Assembly: GCA_038109055.1 (NCBI GenBank)
Contig: JAYNIM010000008.1
Span: forward strand, 30,866 to 94,865
DNA from: a bacterium
GTDB lineage: Bacteria; Margulisbacteria; Marinamargulisbacteria; GCA-2716485; JAYNIM01
Direction of reading: 5' to 3'
DNA length: 64,000 nucleotides
Part shown: piece by piece, positions 31,901-40,573 of the stretch
How the letters are laid out: each line of letters starts with the position of its first letter
Numbering within the stretch: the first letter of the stretch is position 1
Made by a program: the position numbers and the translations under genes
The notes under the pieces: generated by a model
Seen by the model: only the letters and a program-made list of their open reading frames with translations
The model's database searches: none
What the model was told of the DNA's origin: nothing

Positions 31901-33754
31901 GCAAACAAATTTTTCAGTGACCTGACTGACGGTTTCAGGCGAAGACGATGGGTTTATAGCCTGATACCACTCACAGTCCCTAAACTCTTTTAATAATTGT
32001 TCAAGATCATCTCTATCCTGTACAGGCTGAGCATGTCGGTTCATACATTCTATTAAGACCTGTGGCGCAGATTCTTGAATATAGTAGTCTCTATTTTCAA
32101 CGAAGGCACCTGAAAAAACTTGCTTTGCTTGATGTTCTAAAGATTTAATATAAGCATTAACCGTTTCCCAATCAGATATCCCACAAGCGGCTGATAGATA
32201 CCGTCTGATAGCTGATTTAATCTGAGGAGAAAAGGTAGGAGAGCGTTCAGCATGAATCTGCTCTATAATGTTGATGAGTGAGTCCGAGTCTTTGCGCTTT
32301 TCAGAGGAATAAGCACATTGATAGATGTCTGAACTATAGATCTCATCACATTCATCAATCAACGCATCAAATTGACGGATATCAAATACATCTTGTTTAG
32401 AATCAAGAGAACGTAGCTGTTCAAAAGCAAGTTCCGTAAATGTCGTATAATTAATCATAGATTGATGATAATCAGAATTAAAGGAAGCAGGTATCTGGAG
32501 TGTCTTAAATAGGGATTCAACACTTTTGAACCCTTGTTGAGCTAAGGGTAAGTGAGTTGTAATAACAACCACTTTTTGGCCCATCATTGCTTTAATAGCT
32601 GCTATAACAGCAAAGCAAAGTGTTTTCCCTTGGGCGGTATCCATTTGAACATTCATTAAGGACTTGTGGTTCTTGGGATCAAGTTGAGCGGTCAATGTCA
32701 GCCATACCATCGCAATTTGATTGATATGAAGTGGTTTACCAAGACTAGAGGCGGCTGCAGCATAAGCCTTTTGTAAATTGTGAAAAAGATCCTGATGTTT
32801 AGGCCTGATTTGACTTGGAGATTGAGGAGACGCAGATTGAAGATGAGAGATAACATCCTTTAGTTCCTTTATAGAATCTTCAGATAAAGGCGACTTAATG
32901 TCTTTATTAGCCTTAGCAAGACGAGCGAAAAATTTAGACTTGTCAAAAGAAGCGTGAGCTGATGATGAAGATGCGCGAGACATTGCAGATGTCGCCCTAG
33001 TCAAGAGAGAGGATGGACCTGCAGAAGAAACGGGAATTTGTTCCGGAGACCAGTGGACCTGTTTTCTGAAAGGATGAGATGCCGCAGAAGCAGCCGATGA
33101 CCTAGAACCGTGTCCAATACGGGGTAAAAAATGCTGCGTATCGGCAGAGTTTGTTCGATCGGAGCGGGTATAGGTACGACGAGTGTCACTAGATCTGTCT
33201 CTTTGTTTAAGTAAACGAGCATTTGACACAGCAGTGGGCCGTTTAGCCCGTTGAGATGCCGCAGAAGAGCGAGTAGGGGTTAACGATGACCTCATAACGG
33301 TAGAAGTTGTTTGATCAGAGAGAGTAGAGGTACGACGTCCATTTGACGCAGCAGTGGATCGTTTAGCCCGTTGAGATGCCGCAGAAGTACGAGAGTAAGA
33401 GCGTTGTCCATTATGGGTTAACGATGACCTCATAACGGCAGAAGTTGTTTGATCAGAGCAGGTATAGGTACGACGAGCATTTGACACAGCAGTGGGCCGT
33501 TTAGCCCGTTGAGATGCCGCAGAAGAGCGAGAGTTAGAGCGTTGTCCATTATGGGGTAAAGAAGACGGCGCTAAACGAGCAATAAAAGCATCACGCTCAG
33601 GGCGAGATAGTGTTGTATATGGAGGTTGTTGACGACGAACAGCTGTGGATCTGTTAAGTCTCCCTGAGCCTGCTGAAATTTTATTTTGTCGACCTGGAGT
33701 TCCTGTTACAGGTCTACGAGCTCCATAAGAAGTAGATTGATTTGATATAGTCAT
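28946..33754 (-). CDS. 1602-aa fusion: disordered repeat N-terminus, SecA-like DEAD ATPase and Ser/Thr kinase
   Basis: SecA-like motifs MDTAQGKT, VVVITTHLPLA, INYTTFTELAFEQLR, LIDECDEI, RPILVAT, IGRGTDW and QLEGR. Kinase motifs IVHGDIKSENIM, FIDFG, GPE and ADIYALG. GGGAGG SD. Confidence 0.85.
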   Translation of the reverse strand: MTISNQSTSYGARRPVTGTPGRQNKISAGSGRLNRSTAVRRQQPPYTTLSRPERDAFIARLAPSSLPHNGQRSNSRSSAASQRAKRPTAVSNARRTYTCSDQTTSAVMRSSLTHNGQRSYSRTSAASQRAKRSTAASNGRRTSTLSDQTTSTVMRSSLTPTRSSAASQRAKRPTAVSNARLLKQRDRSSDTRRTYTRSDRTNSADTQHFLPRIGHGSRSSAASAASHPFRKQVHWSPEQIPVSSAGPSSLLTRATSAMSRASSSSAHASFDKSKFFARLAKANKDIKSPLSEDSIKELKDVISHLQSASPQSPSQIRPKHQDLFHNLQKAYAAAASSLGKPLHINQIAMVWLTLTAQLDPKNHKSLMNVQMDTAQGKTLCFAVIAAIKAMMGQKVVVITTHLPLAQQGFKSVESLFKTLQIPASFNSDYHQSMINYTTFTELAFEQLRSLDSKQDVFDIRQFDALIDECDEIYSSDIYQCAYSSEKRKDSDSLINIIEQIHAERSPTFSPQIKSAIRRYLSAACGISDWETVNAYIKSLEHQAKQVFSGAFVENRDYYIQESAPQVLIECMNRHAQPVQDRDDLEQLLKEFRDCEWYQAINPSSSPETVSQVTEKFVCEMNQFGFPYTKETLQSAYGELEGKLKDLNDRELENSLGFDLIPMKPDGRYSEGTYMSGITHGLLLCQYGITPKAPSLRGVTVPYVEMAKQFNSMIGISATAFSDPTDSSCIEAGSQQVMQKLLSPRTTNIVIPPREVSDIKTTHKQCSNPDQAVISAIEKEKEKHKRSTRPILVATDTLERAKALHSQLKGSFLYQGTLHNDADAKLVEEGLLRPNVIVGTLSQIGRGTDWQVNHAQGGLGFYAGEMALSPHQLKQLEGRFSIPRNAQQTPGTLKTYYCHDLSDSAQLDAKTKNYNDLFHIYKRTLLANLILPFSRMTNPLSVQIIVEASKADFYTLFDQLLDQTLDSDTVTQHLSAIFRTDLDDENHETVTKLLDNFQESIQALQSSFKDNTHRSSDNSELACVISADRHAHARHKYREFGGHPYEREVPHRRAGRRSAAPPWSGYASQRTGVDTHRTVERRLDHPPTHSVHPGRYEVHPQRPIAKSCPAHQHGSDMINRQFQRMIDNLKIPFQTITNIQEVKSYSNKLAPGVYQFEGKNAQIISQRLEDSCILKRVTAGNHTHRECTYEEALIEILATCQANPDDVLAVYRTDSEELYMVLKEKNKLPNIHLSSQVKTLLASMADLHAKNIVHGDIKSENIMQDPTTGKVQFIDFGASSLQLNGRHYAGYTRSSLTGPEPSRKDEMAPRKEADIYALGLSIYELVTGTQFPFFFDCEKQHPSELTAQFIQTHFGDIRYRPTPEEFHAALVNDISRRPVSNYLEKAAQEFCFACLRQRPEKRPNASTCVKLWDKLIQNPDLDGRAVCEQLAESERKQGYLNPCLNTTAGYLSDGSDASEGSSVFSTPSSPDFAAGHLDHRPAFRSTRPLPAFPSAPSLPPCSMPRQPAALRRRKIDSGYSYPPVVRFPRRPVPKTPSRWSTYTGTHPFPTHEQVVSYPGSGHSFSSHTGLPLPHIQDISPYTAPKRLVTAARSRRAYIQRQFA
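33216..33555 (-). repeat. In-frame direct repeats (3 copies, 120- and 138-bp periods) encoding SAASQRAKR(P/S)TA...SDQTTS.VMRSSLT
   Basis: gtttagcccgttgagatgccgcagaag occurs at 33241, 33361 and 33499, with a further decayed copy toward 33070-33180. Confidence 0.92.
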
Positions 33755-33817
33755 AATAATGTTTCCCTCCCAAAAATAACATTATCCAATATGGATAGAG
33801 ATTATTTCTTTTAGTAA

Positions 33818-33844
33818 TTAACGAAAATAAAATTAAAAAATTGC
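33818..33844 (-). promoter_or_regulatory. Weak sigma28-like element upstream of the SecA-kinase gene
   Basis: GCAA-N15-TTCGTTAA in very AT-rich DNA. Confidence 0.3.
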
Positions 33845-34117
33845 AAGAATTTAAAAAATGAAGCATATTAATGGTAACACTGCATAAAAGACAGGAGAAA
33901 ATAAACCAAATAAAGTTAAATATGCCAAGAAATATTGCTAAAAAACTACGACAATTTCCCCATAACCCAGGTAAAAACGGCCAAAACACCCAGCGTAATC
34001 ACAAAGGCTAACAAACACAGATCCACCAAGCCCATACCATAGTTTGAATTTTTCATTATTCCTATAGTAGCATAAAAAGAAACTATTGATATAAATACAA
34101 CAAAGGAGTAATAACTA

Positions 34118-35008
34118 ATGCCTATGACAGAGACAAATATATTAACCAACCTAGACTTTCCTGGCCTCACACTATTTAAAGAAGGAAAAGTTCGTTCTGT
34201 GTATGATTTTGGCAAAGAACTATTGATAGTCGCGTCAGATCGTGTATCAGCCTTTGACGTGATTTTACCAGAGGGAATTCCAGGAAAAGGGACATTGTTA
34301 AGCAAAGTATCCAAGTTTTGGTTTGACCAAACCAAATACATTGTAAAAAATCATTTGATTAGTACCGATGTAGCAGATTTTCCAGAAGAAACCAAACCAT
34401 ACCATGCACAACTAGCAGGCCGTAGTATGTATGTAAAGAAAACAGACCTTATTGAAGTAGAGTGCGTAGTACGCGGCTATTTGGTAGGATCTGGTTGGAA
34501 AGATTATCAACAAAGTGGACAGGTCTGTGGGATTACGCTCCCAGAGGGCTTACAACAAGCTGCGAAATTACCCGAACCTATTTTTACACCGGCTAGTAAA
34601 GCCCCAATGGGCGAGCATGATGAAAATATTTCATTTGCGGATATGCAAGATAAATTAGGTGAGGAACTTGCGCAAAAACTCAAAGAACTAAGCTTTCAAC
34701 TGTATACATTTGCAGCAGATTATGCCGCGGAAAAAGGGATTATTTTAGCCGATACAAAGTTCGAGTTTGGGATCTTAGACGGAGAGATTATTTTAATAGA
34801 TGAGGCACTAACGCCAGATTCCTCGCGCTTTTGGGCAAAAGAAGACCATCAATTAGGCTGTTCGCCACCCAGTTTTGATAAACAGATTATACGTGATTAC
34901 CTCGAGAATAGCGATTGGAACAAACAAGCCCCAGGACCTAAACTTCCCGAAGATATTATCCAAAAAGCAGCACAACGTTACCAAGAAGTGGTTGATCGTT
35001 TACTTTGA
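34118..35008 (+). CDS. purC: SAICAR synthetase
   Basis: GKVRSVY, SDRVSAFD, ECVVRGYLVGSGW, DTKFEFG and DEALTPDSSRFW; AAGGAG SD. Confidence 0.97.
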   Translation: MPMTETNILTNLDFPGLTLFKEGKVRSVYDFGKELLIVASDRVSAFDVILPEGIPGKGTLLSKVSKFWFDQTKYIVKNHLISTDVADFPEETKPYHAQLAGRSMYVKKTDLIEVECVVRGYLVGSGWKDYQQSGQVCGITLPEGLQQAAKLPEPIFTPASKAPMGEHDENISFADMQDKLGEELAQKLKELSFQLYTFAADYAAEKGIILADTKFEFGILDGEIILIDEALTPDSSRFWAKEDHQLGCSPPSFDKQIIRDYLENSDWNKQAPGPKLPEDIIQKAAQRYQEVVDRLL

Positions 35009-35076
35009 AAAAAATCAATACATTATTTCCAGACAAAATTACGTATATAATTATAGAATAATATGAAGGGAATGAA

Positions 35077-35388
35077 ATGGCAGGAATAAACAACAACAAT
35101 ATACCACTATCAGTCACACCAGATGGCGAGAGCATGAATCCGTCAGACTTACATTATGACGGTCCATCATTTGTATCCTTATTACTTGGAGCCTCGCAAG
35201 GAAATGCAGAAGAGAGTAAGGGAATAAATTTTACAGAAGTATTTGCAAATCTTACAGAATCTGAGAGAGTGACGTTTTTAAACAGTCCTGAGGCTATGAA
35301 AGCGGTGGAGATACTATCTTCACCAGAAAATAATAATAACGAAGATCATATAAATAGCCTAAATACCTTATTAAATACACTACCGTAA
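35077..35388 (+). CDS. Hypothetical acidic Asn-rich protein
   Basis: 103 aa ORF filling the purC-nrnA gap, with a purine-rich SD-like sequence and TATAAT upstream. Confidence 0.6.
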   Translation: MAGINNNNIPLSVTPDGESMNPSDLHYDGPSFVSLLLGASQGNAEESKGINFTEVFANLTESERVTFLNSPEAMKAVEILSSPENNNNEDHINSLNTLLNTLP

Positions 35389-35400
35389 AGAAAGAGTTGT

Positions 35401-36369
35401 TTAGGGAGCCGTGGCAGCTAAAGCGGTATCCAAGGCGTGAATAATGGTTGTGACGCACTCATCAAGGGGCATGTCACGAAATACCAACCCAGAAGCACGT
35501 ACATGTCCTCCACCTCCAAATTGATTAGCAAAGGCAGAGACATCAAAATGTTTTTTAGAGCGTAAATTGACTTTCACTTTATGACTATTCACAGCTTGAA
35601 TGACCACAAAGACATCGATATCCTTCAACTGTCGAATAAAATCAACCAATTTAAAGGAGCCTTTAGGTGCTGATAAGGGGATTTGGGTATAGGCATAACC
35701 CGCCTCTCGACAAACAATCAAGTTATCTAAGGCCAATTTAAGTAATTTAAAGGAGGATAAGGTCTTATTCTCATACATTTCTTGATAAATAATGTTTGGA
35801 TCAATACCAGTATCCAAAAGTTTAGCAACCACATGCATAGTCTGACTACGGGTGTTACTATACGCAAATCGGCCAGTATCAAAGCAAATAGCCGCATAAA
35901 GACAAGTGGCCATATCTTTAGTAATAGGCCATTTTAATGTACTGCATAAAATACTTATCATTTCCCCCACCGACGACACATCTTGCACACAGTTAAAGGT
36001 TGCAAAACGGCTATTATCGCAATGATGGTCAATATTAATACTCACAACGTGTTCTAAAATAGGATCCAGTAAGGCGTGCTGTGCTACCCGTTCTTTATGA
36101 GAGGAGTCTAAAAATACAATGCAGGCAGTATCAGAAACATTTCCCAACTTTTTGCCTACTCGGGTTAACTCGGGTAAAAAAGAAAAAGAATGATTTAAGG
36201 GCTCTGCTACCCAAATACGGCTATTAAAGCCTTGTTGGGAGAAGGCCATGTCCAACGCAAGAGCTGACCCAATCGCATCAAGATCCGGATATTCATGCAC
36301 CACAATAATAATCTCAGAAGCTGCATGAATACTATCGTGAAAAGCCTCTAAAAAAGCAGCGTCAAACAC
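35401..36369 (-). CDS. nrnA: DHH/DHHA1 bifunctional oligoribonuclease/PAP phosphatase
   Basis: HEYPDLDAIGS, NIDHH, DTGRF and GGGGHVRASG; follows rbfA. Confidence 0.92.
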   Translation of the reverse strand: MFDAAFLEAFHDSIHAASEIIIVVHEYPDLDAIGSALALDMAFSQQGFNSRIWVAEPLNHSFSFLPELTRVGKKLGNVSDTACIVFLDSSHKERVAQHALLDPILEHVVSINIDHHCDNSRFATFNCVQDVSSVGEMISILCSTLKWPITKDMATCLYAAICFDTGRFAYSNTRSQTMHVVAKLLDTGIDPNIIYQEMYENKTLSSFKLLKLALDNLIVCREAGYAYTQIPLSAPKGSFKLVDFIRQLKDIDVFVVIQAVNSHKVKVNLRSKKHFDVSAFANQFGGGGHVRASGLVFRDMPLDECVTTIIHALDTALAATAP

Positions 36370-36701
36370 TAATCAAGATCCTTAAGGGCTTCTGTCACTT
36401 CAAAGCCTTTTGCTAGCCCTTCATCCGGATAAAAGTGTAATTTGGGTAGTTTTTTTAAATAAACCTGTTTACTGAGTTGCGCTTGTATATATCCAGCCGC
36501 TGTTTTGAGTCCGTCACGTGTTTTTTTTCGATCTTTTAAGGGACCAAAATGACTATAATATACCCGAGCAGTAGAAAAATCAGGGGAAACACGAACAGCA
36601 GTAATGGTAACAAAGCCAATTCGACCATCCGCAATTTTTTTTTGGCTAATCAACGTTGCAATTGATTGTTTCAAAAGAACTTCAACCCGTTCTTTACGCA
36701 T
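36369..36701 (-). CDS. rbfA: Ribosome-binding factor A
   Basis: VTITAVRVSPDFSTARVYY and PKLHFYPD; downstream of infB. Confidence 0.93.
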   Translation of the reverse strand: MRKERVEVLLKQSIATLISQKKIADGRIGFVTITAVRVSPDFSTARVYYSHFGPLKDRKKTRDGLKTAAGYIQAQLSKQVYLKKLPKLHFYPDEGLAKGFEVTEALKDLD

Positions 36702-36707
36702 AGAGTA

Positions 36708-38663
36708 TTAAGGTTTTTGTTCCTCTTGAATATAGCAGATTAAGATATCTCCTTTTTGAATATCATCATATTTTTCAAGTGTAATTCCACATTCAAAATT
36801 CTTCTTAACCTCTTTAGCATCTTCTTTAAAACGTCTTAAGGCTAAAATTTTACCTTTATGCAGAATATCTCCTTTACGTTCCACATGAATAGAGCCGCGT
36901 CTTAAGATCATTCCGCTAGTCACCATACAACCTGCAATAGAACCTACTTTTGAGAAATGGAAGAGTTCTCTAACTTCAGCACGACCCACTTCTACATCAA
37001 CAAAAATAGATTTATAAAGACCTTTCGTCACACGAGTAAGGTCATCAATAATGTCATAAATGATGGAATAGGTTTTTAATTGGATATCAAATTCCTGAGC
37101 TTTTTTAACTGCTTCAGGCGTAGCATTGACGTTAAAAGCAAAGATAAAGGCATTAGAGGCTTTAGCCAACGTGACGTCACTCAAGGTAACTGCACCAGTG
37201 GCATCATGAATAACCTGGATTTTAACAGTCTCGGTAGACAAGCGAGAGATACTTGATTTTAAGGCTTCAAGAGAGCCATGGACATCTGCTTTTAAAATCA
37301 CAAAAAGAGTTTGCTCACCAGACTGAATGCCAGAAGAAAGGGTCTCTAAGGATATTTTTTTATGAGACAGATCATTTTTTCGAGCTAACTTCCAAGATTC
37401 GGCATGTTTCAAGCAGAGTTTTTCATTTTCATAGACCTGTATAAGTTGTCCAGGCTCAGCAACACTGGAAAAACCAAGGATTTCTACAGGCATTCCAGGA
37501 GTGGCAACAGAGAGGTTTTTGCCGTGATCATCAAATAGGGCACGAACCTTACCTGTAGACCCGCCAGCAACAAAGGTATCACCAACCTTTAAAGAGCCAC
37601 TTTTTATGAGTAAGGTAGAAAGAGGTCCTCGTGTACTTGAAAGGTGAGATTCAATAACAACACCTTTCGCAGGGCCCTCAAAAACAGCTTGCAGTTCCAA
37701 GGTTTCAGCCAGCAACAATAACATTTCTAATAAATCATCAACACCTTGTTTAGTTTTAGCAGAAACAGGCATCATAATAGTTTTACCTCCCCAATCTTCT
37801 GGGGTTAAGCCAAGTTCCGTAAGAGATTGTTTACAGGCCTCAACATTGGCATTCGGTAGGTCAATCTTATTAATAGCGACAAGAATCGGAATATTTGCTG
37901 CATTCGCATGATCAATAGCTTCTTTTGTTTGGGGTTTAATACCTTCGTCAGCAGAAACAACCAAAATGGCAATATCAGTCACCTGAGCACCACGTGCACG
38001 TAATGTGGTAAAGGCTTCGTGACCTGGCGTATCTAAGAAGGTGAGAGCTTTATCTTGAACAAGAACCTGATAAGCCCCGATATGTTGGGTAATACCCCCA
38101 CTTTCCCCTGCAATAACGTCAGATTGACGAATAGTATCAAGTAAAAGAGTCTTGCCATGATCCACATGACCCATAATGGTAATAATAGGGGGGCGGGTTT
38201 TTAATTGATCTAAATGATCTTCTATTTCTTGTTCTTCAATTTTTAACATGACATCTTTAACAGACTGATCGTCAGTTTTATTAGGCAAATCAAAGGTGAG
38301 ACGGATATTAAGTGCAGAAGCAATACGTTCAATCATTTTACGGTCTAACTCAGAATTAATATTATAAAGTTGTCCTAACGACAGAAAAAGTTTCATCAAT
38401 ATAGGAATAGTAACTTCAAACTTTTCCGATAGCTCAGAAACAGTTGCAAGCTCTTTATTTAACGTAATATCCTTGTCCACATTAGGGAATTCAGTAGAGC
38501 TTTGTTTATTTCTTTTACGTTGATGGGCTTGCCGTAGTAACTTTTCACGTTGAGGGTCAATTTTAGAACTCAATGACTTCAAGAAAATATGATTCTCTCG
38601 TGACAATTGTAAAATTTCTTTTCCAGAAATATTTAAGTCTCTTGCAAGTTCTTGAAGTTTCAA
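36708..38663 (-). CDS. infB: Translation initiation factor IF-2
   Basis: RPPIITIMGHVDHGKT, GGITQHIGAY, DTPGHEAF, NKID and ECGI. Confidence 0.98.
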   Translation of the reverse strand: MKLQELARDLNISGKEILQLSRENHIFLKSLSSKIDPQREKLLRQAHQRKRNKQSSTEFPNVDKDITLNKELATVSELSEKFEVTIPILMKLFLSLGQLYNINSELDRKMIERIASALNIRLTFDLPNKTDDQSVKDVMLKIEEQEIEDHLDQLKTRPPIITIMGHVDHGKTLLLDTIRQSDVIAGESGGITQHIGAYQVLVQDKALTFLDTPGHEAFTTLRARGAQVTDIAILVVSADEGIKPQTKEAIDHANAANIPILVAINKIDLPNANVEACKQSLTELGLTPEDWGGKTIMMPVSAKTKQGVDDLLEMLLLLAETLELQAVFEGPAKGVVIESHLSSTRGPLSTLLIKSGSLKVGDTFVAGGSTGKVRALFDDHGKNLSVATPGMPVEILGFSSVAEPGQLIQVYENEKLCLKHAESWKLARKNDLSHKKISLETLSSGIQSGEQTLFVILKADVHGSLEALKSSISRLSTETVKIQVIHDATGAVTLSDVTLAKASNAFIFAFNVNATPEAVKKAQEFDIQLKTYSIIYDIIDDLTRVTKGLYKSIFVDVEVGRAEVRELFHFSKVGSIAGCMVTSGMILRRGSIHVERKGDILHKGKILALRRFKEDAKEVKKNFECGITLEKYDDIQKGDILICYIQEEQKP

Positions 38664-40045
38664 GATGTGAACAACTCCCTGATTTTTTCTGCAAGTTCTG
38701 CAGATAATTTTGCACGGGTATTCGCAATTGTAACCCTACGATCTATGGCTTCAATTAAAGCAGTCGCTGTCTTAAATTTAAGTTCTTTAGCCAAGGCTGC
38801 CACAGAGATGAGTTCAGAATCAGTCGCAGCAACATCAGGAGACGTATTTTTGGATAAAGCAATTTTTTCTGCTAAGGACAAAGCGGGAGTAGCGGGGGGA
38901 TCATCTTCTGAAATAGTGTCTGTTTCACTTTCATTGGATTGACTCATTTTTTCTGCCAGAGAAAGGGGAGTGTCAGAAGGGTTGTATTTAGATGGATCCT
39001 TTTCATAGGTTGCTTCATCGACCACATCAAGTTGCCAACCAGTTAAACGACTAGATAGTCGAACATTTTGACCTTGTTTACCAATCGCCAAAGACAATTG
39101 GTCATTTTCAGTGACAACTAGCGCACTTTTCTTCTCCTCATCTAAGACAATGACTTGACTGATTTTTGCAGGTTTCAACGAATTAGAAATAAACGTTTTA
39201 ATGTTTTCATTCCATTCTAAGATATCAATACGTTCTTTACCCCCAAGCTCCTCAATAATAGTTTGAATACGACCACCCATAGGCCCAACACAGGTGCCTA
39301 CAGCACCGATTGATGGATTGTGACTCACGACAGCAACTTTTGCACGCTCCCCAGCTTGCCTAGAAACAGCTTTGATTTCAATAATACCATCCTGCAATTC
39401 AGGGATTTCTTGAATCAACAATTGCTCCAAAAAGCCAGAGTGAGTGCGAGAAATATAAATATTGGGGCGTCGCTGCGTTTTTTCTATTGAAACTAAATAA
39501 AATTTAATCGTTTCTTTAGCAAAAAAGTTTTGATTAGGTATACAATCACGCTTAGATAAAATAGCTTCAGTCATGCCTAAGTTCATGAGGTAATAATTTG
39601 GCTCTACACTTTGAACTGTCCCTTGAATGAGCTGACCTTCCTTAGATTTAAAGTGATCATAAACGATGCCTTTTTCTTCTTCACGTAATCGCTGAATGAT
39701 GACCTGTCTGGCGACCTGTGCCGCATAACGTCCAAAATCAGGGTCTTTCAGTTCAATGGTGAGCATCTCATCTAGTTTTGTTTGTGGGTTAATTTTTTGA
39801 GCATCTTTTAAAGAAATTTCCAAGGTGTCATCCGAAACTTCTTCAACAACAATTTTATGAAAAAAGAGCTGTAATTTGCCTGCTTTGGTATCCAGTTTCG
39901 CAGTAATATCAGCCTCTTCATTGTATTTCTTGCGGCAGGCAGAGACCAATGCTTGCTCAATAGCAGAGAACAAAACCTCCTTTGGAATGCCACGTTCAGA
40001 TTCTATTTGCGATGCAACTTGGTCTAAATTATCAATTTCAATCAT
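38660..40045 (-). CDS. nusA: Transcription termination/antitermination factor NusA
   Basis: FGRYAAQVARQVIIQR, S1 and KH domains (GTCVGPMGGRI, LSLAIGKQGQNVRL). Start reassigned to ATG 40045, which has an AGAGGA SD. Confidence 0.96.
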   Translation of the reverse strand: MIEIDNLDQVASQIESERGIPKEVLFSAIEQALVSACRKKYNEEADITAKLDTKAGKLQLFFHKIVVEEVSDDTLEISLKDAQKINPQTKLDEMLTIELKDPDFGRYAAQVARQVIIQRLREEEKGIVYDHFKSKEGQLIQGTVQSVEPNYYLMNLGMTEAILSKRDCIPNQNFFAKETIKFYLVSIEKTQRRPNIYISRTHSGFLEQLLIQEIPELQDGIIEIKAVSRQAGERAKVAVVSHNPSIGAVGTCVGPMGGRIQTIIEELGGKERIDILEWNENIKTFISNSLKPAKISQVIVLDEEKKSALVVTENDQLSLAIGKQGQNVRLSSRLTGWQLDVVDEATYEKDPSKYNPSDTPLSLAEKMSQSNESETDTISEDDPPATPALSLAEKIALSKNTSPDVAATDSELISVAALAKELKFKTATALIEAIDRRVTIANTRAKLSAELAEKIRELFTS

Positions 40046-40069
40046 ATTATGATGTCCTCTCTTAGATAT

Positions 40070-40091
40070 AAAAAAAATGGGCAAGCCCATT
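40070..40091 (-). terminator. Leader attenuator hairpin of the nusA operon (rimP-leader-like)
   Basis: AATGGGC-TT-GCCCA followed by a T8 tract, located between the promoter and the nusA SD. Confidence 0.7.
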
Positions 40092-40110
40092 ACGTTAATT
40101 TTAACTTAAA

Positions 40111-40139
40111 AAAATAACAAAACACAGCAGAATTGTCAA
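40111..40139 (-). promoter_or_regulatory. Putative sigma70 promoter of the nusA-infB operon
   Basis: TTGACA-N17-TATTTT with an extended TG. Confidence 0.65.
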
Positions 40140-40246
40140 TGAATAGAAAAACAGGCCCCGTTTAAAATAGACTTTTTTTATAGTAGAATGTATAGAAGAG
40201 TAAATTATTTTTAAAATAAACGCTCCATAAATGTACGGAGGTAGTA

Positions 40247-40573
40247 ATGACAGTAGAAAAAATTTCAGATGATAGTTTTGAGGATAAGGTATTAAAACTA
40301 AGCGACAAAGCAGCATTAGTAGATTTTTGGGCCGAATGGTGTGGCCCCTGCAAAATGTTAGCGCCAACCTTAGAAAAAACAGCCACAGAAATGGCAGATA
40401 AGGCTATTTTTTACAAAATAAATACAGATGAAAATCCTAATACAGCAGCAAAATATAACATTGCTAGTATTCCTTGTTGTATTATATTTAAGGACGGTCA
40501 AGAAATAGGGCGAATCGTTGGCTTTAAACCAGCAGAGGCATTAAAAGCAGAAATAACAAAAATACTGGGCTAA
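40247..40573 (+). CDS. trxA: Thioredoxin
   Basis: DFWAEWCGPCK; GGAGG SD. Confidence 0.97.
   Translation: MTVEKISDDSFEDKVLKLSDKAALVDFWAEWCGPCKMLAPTLEKTATEMADKAIFYKINTDENPNTAAKYNIASIPCCIIFKDGQEIGRIVGFKPAEALKAEITKILG

Noticed and set aside
33216..33555. Repeats as a CRISPR array or mobile-element ends
   Set aside because: The intervening sequences are themselves repeated and in frame; no transposase nearby.
28946..33754. Housekeeping secA
   Set aside because: Motifs are too divergent, the typical SecA C-terminal region is not recognisable, and a kinase is fused.
33782..33797. TATCCA-N3-TGGATA palindrome / DnaA-box-like TTATCCAAT
   Set aside because: A single site with two mismatches to a DnaA box and no box cluster; it could be an operator but nothing else supports that.
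33714..34341. Minus-strand 91-aa and 131-aa ORFs in the gap before purC
   Set aside because: They overlap purC or the 1602-aa start; their hydrophobicity reflects T-rich intergenic DNA.
40046..40090. ORF-track start of nusA at 40090
   Set aside because: It lies within the leader hairpin; ATG 40045 has an SD and a typical NusA start.
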